From positions 1 through 34,402 of the IMG/VR virus record IMGVR_UViG_3300043218_000071: a DNA stretch of 34,402 nucleotides; one strand, 5' to 3'. Source of the stretch: a virus. Taxonomy: Duplodnaviria > Caudoviricetes. Each line of letters starts with the position of its first letter. Within the stretch, counting starts at the first letter, position 1. Below, piece by piece: positions 1 through 8,568 of the stretch. Under the pieces are notes generated by a model, which was given only the letters and a program-made list of their open reading frames with translations, was not told the origin of the DNA and made no database searches. A program made the translations under genes and the position numbers.

Positions 1-232
1 CTGTTAAAATTGTCTCGATTAAAGATCCGAACTTATGATACGGGATCGCCGTCAATCTGTTTTTATTGGGCGCCGTTTCAAGCTGCAAAGCGTGTCCGGA
101 GAGCACTATTTTTAGACGTTGTCTAGTCGTCAATTGCTTCCGGGGCTTGATCTGAGCTTCACCGATGAACTTCACTATCTGTGCCAGGGCTTCTTCGGAT
201 AACGGTCCGCCCGATCCTTTTATATGTTCCAC
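1..232 (-). CDS. Hypothetical protein, partial (runs off the left edge)
   Basis: Not in the ORF track; read by eye. GTG at 232 preceded by GGAGG, open to position 1 (MEHIKGSGGPLSEEALAQIVKFIGEAQIKPRKQ...). Confidence 0.7.
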   Translation of the reverse strand, partial: MEHIKGSGGPLSEEALAQIVKFIGEAQIKPRKQLTTRQRLKIVLSGHALQLETAPNKNRLTAIPYHKFGSLIETILT

Positions 233-234
233 CG

Positions 235-444
235 TTAGTCCTCCATTAATTTATTAACAATGTTCGAAGCATAGAACAGGTATATGTCCTCATGTCCGCC
301 GGCTTTTTCAGGGAGTGCCGGTTCGAATTTTTGTGATACTGCATACTTTTCACCGTCCCACTTTACTTCGATTTTTACCGCTTTCTCTTTGGTTTCGTTT
401 TCAACAGTAACGAAAACTTTAAAAGGGTCGACTTTCGGCATCAC
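235..444 (-). CDS. Hypothetical protein (69 aa)
   Basis: Start overlaps the stop of the upstream gene; GGGGGT SD-like motif; fits a tightly packed leftward operon. Confidence 0.75.
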   Translation of the reverse strand: MMPKVDPFKVFVTVENETKEKAVKIEVKWDGEKYAVSQKFEPALPEKAGGHEDIYLFYASNIVNKLMED

Positions 445-695
445 TCACCCCCGGTATATTTACTTACATTGAACATGAAAAGGCCGTCGGTCCCTTTAGA
501 TACGACGCCCAGATACTCGAAGCGCTTTACGATTTCGCGTATAGTACTATAGTTTATCTTTTGATGTGTCGAAGTAAAGTACTCCCGGATAGAGACGTAA
601 TTGAACGGACGCCCGGACTCGATATGCGCCAGGACGCGGCGCTGTTTAGTCTGCGGCCCTCCTGGTAGTATCGTTTTGAATTCTTCTAATGTCAT
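441..695 (-). CDS. Putative winged-helix DNA-binding protein (84 aa)
   Basis: Pattern RRVLAHIE...NYSTIREIVKRFEYLGVVSK-GTDGLF resembles a wHTH recognition helix plus wing. Confidence 0.55.
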   Translation of the reverse strand: MTLEEFKTILPGGPQTKQRRVLAHIESGRPFNYVSIREYFTSTHQKINYSTIREIVKRFEYLGVVSKGTDGLFMFNVSKYTGGE

Positions 696-698
696 TTT

Positions 699-962
699 TT
701 AGCACTCCATAAATGTTATTAATGTCCGAACAATAGACATTTTTGTTTTTGCTGATTTGTTCTTCAATCTCTGACCGAACATGGTGGTGAATTCTTCGAG
801 TCCTGTGTCGCCGTCGCCTTTACACCCCGCGAGAACGATTTCAGCCATTTCGTCAAACGTTAAAAATGCCTCATCTCTAAACTCTGCCTTTAACCTGGCG
901 ATAGCTTTTCGACGGGCCTTTTTTGCCTCAGTCTGTTCCGGAGAAAGTTTCTTCTTTGCCAT
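699..962 (-). CDS. Basic hypothetical protein (87 aa), first gene of the leftward early operon
   Basis: AGGA SD upstream of ATG; directly downstream of the leftward promoter. Confidence 0.75.
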   Translation of the reverse strand: MAKKKLSPEQTEAKKARRKAIARLKAEFRDEAFLTFDEMAEIVLAGCKGDGDTGLEEFTTMFGQRLKNKSAKTKMSIVRTLITFMEC

Positions 963-993
963 GATTTTTCCTGTAATGAATAATTGTACTCCT

Positions 994-1022
994 AATGTAA
1001 CCGAATCCCGTTTTTACGTCAA
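994..1022 (-). promoter_or_regulatory. Leftward sigma70-type promoter
   Basis: Minus strand TTGACG (1022-1017), 17-nt spacer, TACATT (999-994). Confidence 0.75.
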
Positions 1023-1042
1023 CAAAATAAAATGTTTAAAAA

Positions 1043-1058
1043 AACAAAACTTTTTGTT
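1043..1058. promoter_or_regulatory. Putative operator palindrome AACAAAA-CT-TTTTGTT
   Basis: 7-2-7 palindrome overlapping the -35 box; 15/16 identical copy at 33359-33374; degenerate copy at 1021-1036. Confidence 0.6.
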
Positions 1059-1085
1059 GACAGCTCGAAATAGTGTTAATATATT
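1057..1085 (+). promoter_or_regulatory. Rightward sigma70-type promoter for the replication operon
   Basis: TTGACA (1057-1062), 17-nt spacer, TATATT (1080-1085); A/T tract upstream. Confidence 0.8.
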
Positions 1086-1124
1086 CTGTTCAGACATTTG
1101 AATTAATTAACAAAAAGGAATATC

Positions 1125-1631
1125 ATGCCATCATTAGAAGAAGTAATGGAAGCGAACACTAAAAGCAACATCAATTTAACGAACGCTTTAATGAAGAACA
1201 CCGCAGCACTGAACGTCACACAGGGCGGACCGGCTAAAGCTGAAGAACCAGCGGAAACTGTAGAGACACCCGCAGCAAAGAAAAAACGTCTCGCAGCTGA
1301 GAAGAAAATCGCGGATAAAAAAGCAGCTGACGACATCGCAGCTGAAGAAGCACTCGAAACAGTTGACGACGAAGACGACGTTCTCGCGGGCCTTTTAGGT
1401 GACGACGAACCTGAAGTCGACGAACCAACCGGACCAACTCTCGAAGACGTTCAGAAAGCCATAACAAAACTAGCACGCCAGAAAGACGACGACGGGAAGA
1501 ACATCGGAAAAGGACGCGCCCAGGCCCTCCTTAAGAAGTTCAACGTTTCCGGAGTATCTGAACTAGGTGAAAAAGCCTACGACGATTTCCTAGTGATGGT
1601 TGAAAAGCTTATTAAAGCGGGCGCGAAGTAG
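1125..1631 (+). CDS. Acidic phage protein typical of the gene upstream of DUF2800 in APSE-type modules
   Basis: AAGGA SD; low-complexity acidic linker; C-terminal TLEDVQKAITKLA...ALLKKFNVSGVSEL..KAYDDF domain. Confidence 0.8.
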   Translation: MPSLEEVMEANTKSNINLTNALMKNTAALNVTQGGPAKAEEPAETVETPAAKKKRLAAEKKIADKKAADDIAAEEALETVDDEDDVLAGLLGDDEPEVDEPTGPTLEDVQKAITKLARQKDDDGKNIGKGRAQALLKKFNVSGVSELGEKAYDDFLVMVEKLIKAGAK

Positions 1632-3208
1632 TGTCAGGAAAACACAGTATATTAGGTCCATCGGGTTCGTCCCGGTGGCTCTATTGTGCAGCTGCCCCAT
1701 GGATGGAAGAGAACTGGGCCGACGAAGACGAAACGTCCGAACCTTCAGCCATGGGAACCGGCGCTCACTTTATCGGGGAAACCTGTCTCCACGAAGGGAC
1801 CGACCCGGACATGTGGCTCGGATATATAATCGCAGTCCCACGGGAGAACGAAACACGAGACCACGAGGACCCAGAACTTTTTAAACCAGGTAAAGGAACC
1901 GCTAAAGGCGGAGAGCATACAAAAGATGCGTTCATTTTTGACGTCGACGCCGAAATGGTGAACGCGGTCACAGTATACGTCGATCACGTATCGTCTTTAC
2001 CAGGTAAGCTATTTATCGAAAAGCGTGTAAATTACCGCCGATGGATGCCAGAGAACATCCCAGAGTCCGAAGGGTACGGAACAGCGGACGCGATTATCTA
2101 CGATAAAAACAGCGACACATTAGACGTCGACGACTACAAACACGGCCGAATGATCGTACGCGCTGAAATGAACTCACAGGGGTTAATGTATGGCCTGGGC
2201 GCTTTGGAGTTCCTGAAGTGGCCGAAACATATTAAATACTTAAGAATCGGTATAATTCAGCCACGGAAAAAGAACCTCGATTTCTTTACTATCTCAATTG
2301 ATGATCTTTTGGCCTGGGCTGAAGATATACTTAGACCCGCCGCCGCCCGTGCCTGGGAAATCTACACGAACGACGATCTCGAACTCGAACCAGGTGACTT
2401 CGCCACGGGTGGAAGTGGTTGCACGTGGTGTGGCTGCAATAAGAATAAAACATGTAAGACGCTTGCGCGTTTAGTTATGAACACAGTCTTTCCGGCTTTT
2501 AAAGAGACCGGATTCGACACATTAGAGGAAGACATGATTCCACAGGACACGAAAAATTTATCGACAGCCGAATTATCTGTGATACTGAAGCACGTCGAAG
2601 CGATTAAAAAGTTCGCGAATTCACTCGAAGACGCAGCACTGAAAAAGCTCGAAATGGGAGAACAGATCCCAGGGTATAAAATGGTCATGGGGAAACCTGG
2701 GAACCGCGCCTGGAAAGATAAAGAGAAGGTCCTGAAGTACTTCAAAAAGTCCAGTATAAAGAAGGAAGTGTATCAGGAAGAAAGCCTCGTATCAGTAGCC
2801 CAGGCCGAAATGAAGATACCGAAGACGAACCCAACTCTGATTAAATTACTCGAAAATGAAGTTTCAAGATCTTCCGGAAAGCCGTGTCTGGCGACAGACT
2901 CCGATAAACGCGAAGCCATGAAACCAGATTTTGAGTTCGAAACAGAAGTGGACGAAAGAGCGGTAAAAGCGCTCAAAAAGTGGTGTGACGAAGTGGACGA
3001 CGTTACTTTCGATTACATCGGAGGGGAAGTTCGTGTGCTCGAAGAAGGCTCCGGATTCATCGTCTCGACGGGACGGGCGGGAGACGCGACCGAACTCGAA
3101 TGTATCGAAATCACAGAAGAAATCGCGGAAGCTGCTTTCGCACTAGAACTTTCTGAGGAAGAAATTTCCGAAGAAGACCCGGACGCTTTTCTCGCGTCCA
3201 TTTTATAA
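1631..3208 (+). CDS. Cas4-like PD-(D/E)XK nuclease, DUF2800 family
   Basis: N-terminal HSILGPSGSSRWLYC; GTGAH; GTADAI...DDYKHG nuclease motifs; IIQPR; C-terminal CTWC...C cluster; synteny with SSB and PolA. Confidence 0.9.
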   Translation: MSGKHSILGPSGSSRWLYCAAAPWMEENWADEDETSEPSAMGTGAHFIGETCLHEGTDPDMWLGYIIAVPRENETRDHEDPELFKPGKGTAKGGEHTKDAFIFDVDAEMVNAVTVYVDHVSSLPGKLFIEKRVNYRRWMPENIPESEGYGTADAIIYDKNSDTLDVDDYKHGRMIVRAEMNSQGLMYGLGALEFLKWPKHIKYLRIGIIQPRKKNLDFFTISIDDLLAWAEDILRPAAARAWEIYTNDDLELEPGDFATGGSGCTWCGCNKNKTCKTLARLVMNTVFPAFKETGFDTLEEDMIPQDTKNLSTAELSVILKHVEAIKKFANSLEDAALKKLEMGEQIPGYKMVMGKPGNRAWKDKEKVLKYFKKSSIKKEVYQEESLVSVAQAEMKIPKTNPTLIKLLENEVSRSSGKPCLATDSDKREAMKPDFEFETEVDERAVKALKKWCDEVDDVTFDYIGGEVRVLEEGSGFIVSTGRAGDATELECIEITEEIAEAAFALELSEEEISEEDPDAFLASIL

Positions 3209-3259
3209 CCGATTAACGATACCGTTAACCGAAACCGAAACCGAATAAAGGAATACAAT

Positions 3260-3883
3260 ATGTCAAATACAAAAGATGATTTACTGAAATTAAAAAAAGT
3301 TACTACCGGAGTAGTCCGCGGATCATACGTTCATGTTTTTAAAAAGAAACTGAATAACCAGTCGAAAGAGGAAGAGTATTCTATGCAGATACTTATCCCC
3401 AAAGAGGATAAAGTTACTTTGCGTAAAATTGCGCGTGCTATCGAAGCCGCGAAGGAACTGAAATGGGGTTCAAAACCTCCCCGTAAATTGACGTCTACCC
3501 TGAAGGACGGCGACAACGACGAACACATTCCAGAGTCAGCGGAACCGGGCGAAGCACCATACGCCGGTCATTACTTTATGAACCTGAAGAATGATACAAA
3601 ACCCCAGGTTGTAGACAAATACGGGAGAGAGATCACCTCGGACGATTTTGTCTCCGGGGACTACTGTAAAGTATCTATGAACGGACACGCGTTCGACGGT
3701 GATAAGAACAAAGGGACGACCTTTTATCTGGGTAACGTTATGCTAGTAGAAAAAGGTGAACCTCTCGGCGGTGGGGGTGCTACAAAAGCCGAAGATGATT
3801 TCGACTTCGAAGACGCTGAAGACGCCCTGGACGGTCTGTCCGAGGTGGACGACGCAGACGACGATATCTCTCAGTACCTATAA
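3260..3883 (+). CDS. Single-stranded DNA-binding protein, DUF2815 / T7 gp2.5-like
   Basis: VRGSYVHVF, YSMQILIPKED, LKDGD, KPQVVD, SGDYCKVS, GEPLGG motifs; acidic tail ending in aromatic/hydrophobic residues. Confidence 0.9.
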   Translation: MSNTKDDLLKLKKVTTGVVRGSYVHVFKKKLNNQSKEEEYSMQILIPKEDKVTLRKIARAIEAAKELKWGSKPPRKLTSTLKDGDNDEHIPESAEPGEAPYAGHYFMNLKNDTKPQVVDKYGREITSDDFVSGDYCKVSMNGHAFDGDKNKGTTFYLGNVMLVEKGEPLGGGGATKAEDDFDFEDAEDALDGLSEVDDADDDISQYL

Positions 3884-3888
3884 CACCT

Positions 3889-3940
3889 AACCGGCCCGCG
3901 CTTAAACAACATTTAAACACATAGCGCGGGTTCGGTTTTT
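3889..3940 (+). terminator. Hairpin plus U tract between SSB and polymerase (probable partial terminator)
   Basis: AACCGGCCCGCGCT / AGCGCGGGTTCGGTT stem, 20-nt loop, T run. Confidence 0.6.
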
Positions 3941-3953
3941 CCTTCAGGAACAC

Positions 3954-6014
3954 ATGAAAAAACTATCTTTAGATTTCGAAACTTTCTCAGAATGTGACAT
4001 CACAGAGGCCGGAACCTGGGCGTACTGTTGCCACCCCACCACAGAAGTTTTAATGCTATTTTGGGCCATAGGAGACGACGAACCGACCGCATGGTTCAGA
4101 GGCGACCCTTTACCCCCGTTTATGGAAAACCCTCTGGAATACATGTGGTATGCCATGAATTCGTTATTCGAATACGGTATCTTTACACAGGTTTTGAAGT
4201 GGGTCGTCCCAGGTTTTAAGAACTGGACAGATACCGCAGCAATCGCCAGATACTCCGGGCTACCTGGTCGACTTGCGACTCTCTCCGCTGCGCTCCAATT
4301 AGGCGAACATGCGAAGGACCCGAAGGGTAAGAAACTGATAAACCTTCTTAGCATCCCACAGAAAGCCCCCAGAGCTACCCGGAAAGATCCGGAACCCTTC
4401 TATCGTAAAAAACGGCTCGAAGAAGGCATATACAAGTTCGCTGTTAGGTATTACAGAAATCCGGAAATGCACCTCCCGAACGAAGAGGACGCGAGCGATA
4501 AAGAACAGTATGACATTGACACCGTGAACTTCTTCCTGGAGTTCTGTCGGTACTGCGCGAAGGACGTTATCGCAGAACGAGAGGCGCGGAAGTACTGTCG
4601 GGACTTTAACCCCACAGAGCGGGCCGCCTGGGAACTGGACCAAAAAATTAACATGACCGGAATTCCTATGGACCGCGAATCCATACAGCACGCCGTCAAT
4701 ATATTCGACAAACAGACTGTCCCTATGCTCGCAGAGCTTAAAGGGATAACACAGGCCGAGAAGCCCGTCTCCTGGCAACAGTTCCTAAAATGGCTTAAAG
4801 AGGTAAAAGGGGAGAACGTCCCGAATTGTCAGGCCGAAACCCTGGAGGAACTGGCGAAGACCACAGACGACGAAGAATTAATCCGGGCGATACAGCTCCG
4901 GACAGCACTCGCACGAACACCCCTGAAGAAGTACCATAGTTTCCTTTTAAAGATCGTTAACGGGCGTATTTATGGCGGCCTCATGTATGGTGGCGCCCAC
5001 ACGCTCCGGTGGTCTTCTATGGGTGTTAATTTCCAAAATATAAACCGCCCAGTGTATCCGAACCCTGAACTGATACTCGATTTATTTAAAGACGAAGACC
5101 CCGGACTGGTCGAAGCCGTTTACGGGGATGTCCTGGAAGCCTTGTCGTCATGCCTCCGGGCTGTGGTTTGTGCTGAACCTGGACACATCTTCAGAGTTGC
5201 GGATTTCAGCGCTATCGAAGCGCGTGTCCTGGCATGGCTCGCTGGACAGGAAGACGTCCTGGAAGTGTTCCGGACCCATGGTCTGATATACGAAGCCCAG
5301 GCGCAACAGGTCTTTACCATAGCCGATATAAATGACGTAACGAAGAACCAGAGAGCCACAGGTAAAACATGTACTTTGGCGTTCGGATATGGCGGAGGCC
5401 TGAACGCGTACCTTAATTTCGCGGACGAAGAACAGTCACTTTGGCCTGACGAAAAGATACTCGGAATTCGTGACGCCTGGCGGAAGTCGAACCACATGAT
5501 AAAACAGTACTGGTACGATGTCGGGAACGCAGCTGTCGAGGCCACGCGCCACAGAGGAAAACGTTTTAAAGTCCGATCGATTTGGTTCCAGTGCTCCGGC
5601 TCGTTTCTTCACTGTAAATTACCATCCGGGCGGCTTATGAGTTACCACCGGCCGAAGCTGAAGCCGGAAACGTTTGTATACAAGGGCAAAAAGAGAACCC
5701 GCGATGTTCTGTACTATTGGGGTCGAGATTCCCAGTCCGGAAACTGGGTGGAACACTCCACATGGGGCGGAAAATTAGTCGAGAACATCGCCCAGGCCGT
5801 AGCGCGGGACCTCCTGGAAGTGGGTCTCAGAAATGCGGACGCGGCCGGGTACGAAATCCCGCTCCACGTTCACGACGAAATCGTGGCCCACTGCGAAGAG
5901 GACTTCGGTTCCCTGGGCGAACTGTGTGACCTAATGTGTGACGCTCCGGAATGGGCGAAAGGACTCCCCCTGTCTGCTGCGGGATACGAATCGAAACGGT
6001 ATAAAAAGGACTAA
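3954..6014 (+). CDS. DNA polymerase family A with 3'-5' exonuclease (APSE-like)
   Basis: Exo I LDFET; motif A ADFSAIEARVLAWLAG; motif B RATGKTCTLAFGYG; motif C HVHDE. Confidence 0.96.
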   Translation: MKKLSLDFETFSECDITEAGTWAYCCHPTTEVLMLFWAIGDDEPTAWFRGDPLPPFMENPLEYMWYAMNSLFEYGIFTQVLKWVVPGFKNWTDTAAIARYSGLPGRLATLSAALQLGEHAKDPKGKKLINLLSIPQKAPRATRKDPEPFYRKKRLEEGIYKFAVRYYRNPEMHLPNEEDASDKEQYDIDTVNFFLEFCRYCAKDVIAEREARKYCRDFNPTERAAWELDQKINMTGIPMDRESIQHAVNIFDKQTVPMLAELKGITQAEKPVSWQQFLKWLKEVKGENVPNCQAETLEELAKTTDDEELIRAIQLRTALARTPLKKYHSFLLKIVNGRIYGGLMYGGAHTLRWSSMGVNFQNINRPVYPNPELILDLFKDEDPGLVEAVYGDVLEALSSCLRAVVCAEPGHIFRVADFSAIEARVLAWLAGQEDVLEVFRTHGLIYEAQAQQVFTIADINDVTKNQRATGKTCTLAFGYGGGLNAYLNFADEEQSLWPDEKILGIRDAWRKSNHMIKQYWYDVGNAAVEATRHRGKRFKVRSIWFQCSGSFLHCKLPSGRLMSYHRPKLKPETFVYKGKKRTRDVLYYWGRDSQSGNWVEHSTWGGKLVENIAQAVARDLLEVGLRNADAAGYEIPLHVHDEIVAHCEEDFGSLGELCDLMCDAPEWAKGLPLSAAGYESKRYKKD

Positions 6015-6016
6015 TT

Positions 6017-6349
6017 ATGCGAGAGAGCGCGGTCGAATTGTACGGAAAAAACCTCGGAAAATCCCTGGGAATGTCTTCTTACAAATGGGAGTCCCCTGGA
6101 GAACCTGGGGTCCCGGATCGGTTCTTCTTTAAAGAGGGGAAAACCCTAGTCGTAGAATTTAAGGCCCCAGGGGAGAAACCCCGACCGCTTCAGCGATACC
6201 AGATAAAACAGCTACTCGCGAAGGGCATCCCGGCGACCTGGGCGGATTGTAAAAAAGACGTAGACTACATACTCCACGCGTTCGACCTTGTGAAAACCTC
6301 CGGGGATTTACTCTATTTGATCGACGAAGAAGGCAATTTTTTATTATGA
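6017..6349 (+). CDS. VRR-NUC domain nuclease
   Basis: MRESAVE...KWESPG..GVPDR...VEFKAPGEKPRPLQ. Confidence 0.92.
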   Translation: MRESAVELYGKNLGKSLGMSSYKWESPGEPGVPDRFFFKEGKTLVVEFKAPGEKPRPLQRYQIKQLLAKGIPATWADCKKDVDYILHAFDLVKTSGDLLYLIDEEGNFLL

Positions 6350-7866
6350 TAAAATACACTCCCTGGGAATACCAGGAGAAAATCACCCAGTTTATAATTG
6401 ATAACCCGAAATGCGCGATATTCGCCGACATGGGACTCGGAAAAACTGTGTCGTGTTATGATGCCGTCTCGAAGCTGTACAGCTCCGGAAAACTGGGAAA
6501 GGTGCTCATTATAGCCCCGGTCAGAGTAGCGTCTCACACATGGCCCGAAGAGCGTAAAAAATGGGACTTCAGCGGATGGTTAGACCTGGACGCGATCGAA
6601 GGTATCCCGAAAAAGCGCCTCGAATGCCTGAAATCTGAAGCACATATCCACACGGTAAGTCGTGATAATGTTGTCTGGTTGACTAATCAATACGTAATGA
6701 AGGACTCCCGGAAGCTCCGGAAAAAGAACCCGTGGCCGTATGACATGATAATTATCGACGAATCCACGTCGTTTAAAAATAGGACGTCCCAGCGGTTTAA
6801 AAAGCTCCGGAAGCTGACCTGTCACACAGAGCGTGTCGTCCTGTTGTCGGGAACACCCACCGGGAACGGCCTCGAATCGCTATGGGCACAAATATACTTA
6901 CTGGACCAGGGTGAACGCCTGGGACGTACCTTCACAGAACACGAAGAAAAGTTCTTCCGGAGAAGTTACAACGGGTTCTCCCTGGAACCCCTGGAAGACT
7001 CTGAAGAGAAGATCTTCGACTTAATTTCTGACATTTCCCTGTCAATGAAAAGCGAGGACTATCTGAAGCTGCCTCCGCTCATTATTAATGATATCGAGCT
7101 TACCTTCGATAAAAAACTTCGCGCTGTGTATGACAAATTAGAGAAGGAATTCGTCATTACCCTGGACGAAGAGGACGAATTGAAGTTCATAAAAGTAAAA
7201 CTCAAAACGGCCCTGAAGAATACCAATAAAAAAACGCAGCCCGAAAGGTACGCGAAAATCGAAGAGAAAATCGAAGAGTATTCCGAACAGATCCAAATCG
7301 TCGCAAAAACGAGGGCGGCCCTATCGATGAAACTTCGCCAGTTATGCGGCGGCGCTCCGTACAAAGATATAGAAGAAGGAAAGGCGCGCCAGTGGGTAGA
7401 CATCCACAGCTTAAAACTCGACGCACTGGAAGAGATTATCGACAGCGCCCAGGGCGTCCCGATACTGGTCGCGTATCAATTCGAAAGCGATAAACAGCGG
7501 ATACTAAAAAGGTTCAGGAATGCGAAGGCCCTCGGAAAAACTTCTGATATCGACAAATGGAACGCCGGAAAGTTCCCGATTTTCCTGGTCCATGAGAGAT
7601 CCGTCGGTCACGGTATGAATATGCAACACGGCGGAAACCGTCTCGTTTGGTTTAACATTACCTGGTCGTTCGAGTGTTACGAGCAATTATTGAAGAGACT
7701 ACACAGACAGGGACAGACACGCCCCGTTTTCGTCGATAGGATACTCATAAAAGACACCGTCGACTCGGACATGTGTGAAAGCCTCCGCGAAGATAAAGGT
7801 CTCCTGGGGCGGCTTATGGACCGTTTAAAAAAGAACTGTTCGAAGAGACAGCGATTAGCTAAATAA
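6346..7866 (+). CDS. SNF2-like superfamily 2 helicase
   Basis: Walker A DMGLGKT; IIDES; LSGTP; GHGMNMQ; RLHRQGQ. Confidence 0.94.
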   Translation: MIKYTPWEYQEKITQFIIDNPKCAIFADMGLGKTVSCYDAVSKLYSSGKLGKVLIIAPVRVASHTWPEERKKWDFSGWLDLDAIEGIPKKRLECLKSEAHIHTVSRDNVVWLTNQYVMKDSRKLRKKNPWPYDMIIIDESTSFKNRTSQRFKKLRKLTCHTERVVLLSGTPTGNGLESLWAQIYLLDQGERLGRTFTEHEEKFFRRSYNGFSLEPLEDSEEKIFDLISDISLSMKSEDYLKLPPLIINDIELTFDKKLRAVYDKLEKEFVITLDEEDELKFIKVKLKTALKNTNKKTQPERYAKIEEKIEEYSEQIQIVAKTRAALSMKLRQLCGGAPYKDIEEGKARQWVDIHSLKLDALEEIIDSAQGVPILVAYQFESDKQRILKRFRNAKALGKTSDIDKWNAGKFPIFLVHERSVGHGMNMQHGGNRLVWFNITWSFECYEQLLKRLHRQGQTRPVFVDRILIKDTVDSDMCESLREDKGLLGRLMDRLKKNCSKRQRLAK

Positions 7867-8289
7867 TTTGAGCGGGTCGGAACTTAACAGGGGAGAACTC
7901 TCCCACTGACCATCGGCGTTTTCTATCTGTTTCCACAGAGCGCCCTTACTTCTAAGATCCGCGTGAAAGGACCACTGTTCGCCGTTCCAGTACACCCCGA
8001 CGCCTTTAAAACCCACCTGGATTAATAGCGCAACTATATAATTAACGTCGACCGGTCCCTCTGAGGGGTCCAGGGTGAAATCCACCGCGAGTCCGTTATT
8101 ATGGAAAACGCTGACATGCGTCCCGGAGTTTAACCCGTGTTTTAACAGGAGAACCCGTCGGAATATTAGATTCCGGAAAGTCTGAAGACGATCAAACAGC
8201 ATAAAACGGAGACCAGGAACGAAGGCCCCGGTCCTCTGGACCTCTTCGAGAGTGAAGTTTTTAAACTGGTCGAATGCGTCTCTTTTCAT
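7855..8289 (-). CDS. Endolysin, M15 Zn-peptidase type
   Basis: NFTLEE start; H-NNGLAV-D and GFKGVGVY...FHADLR Zn-ligand motifs; last gene of the late operon. Confidence 0.8.
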   Translation of the reverse strand: MKRDAFDQFKNFTLEEVQRTGAFVPGLRFMLFDRLQTFRNLIFRRVLLLKHGLNSGTHVSVFHNNGLAVDFTLDPSEGPVDVNYIVALLIQVGFKGVGVYWNGEQWSFHADLRSKGALWKQIENADGQWESSPLLSSDPLKLFS

Positions 8290-8292
8290 AGG

Positions 8293-8568
8293 TTAATCCT
8301 TCGTAAGAATTCCGGTTATGATTCCGACTTCCGTCAGTATTTTATCGTAGTTAGCGAACAGCTCTTTTATGTTCTCCCCGATTTTGGAGACATCTTTCTC
8401 GATATGGATTACCCGGTTTTCGAGTACCGGGGCGTTCACCTTTTCGTCATGCCCTTCCAGGTGTGTGACACGTTGAGAGAGCTTCCCGAAGAGGAACGCA
8501 AAGGCGATTATGTTAATTATTAAGGTAACACAAATCGCGATTATAGAAATTAATACTGGTAAAGTCAT
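8293..8568 (-). CDS. Holin-like membrane protein (one N-terminal TM helix plus coiled coil)
   Basis: Hydrophobic residues about 4-27 followed by heptad repeats; immediately upstream of the endolysin. Confidence 0.6.
   Translation of the reverse strand: MTLPVLISIIAICVTLIINIIAFAFLFGKLSQRVTHLEGHDEKVNAPVLENRVIHIEKDVSKIGENIKELFANYDKILTEVGIITGILTKD

Noticed and set aside
1631-3208. Cas4 as evidence of a CRISPR-Cas system
   Set aside because: It is the solo Cas4-like nuclease standard in this replication module; no cas1/cas2 or array
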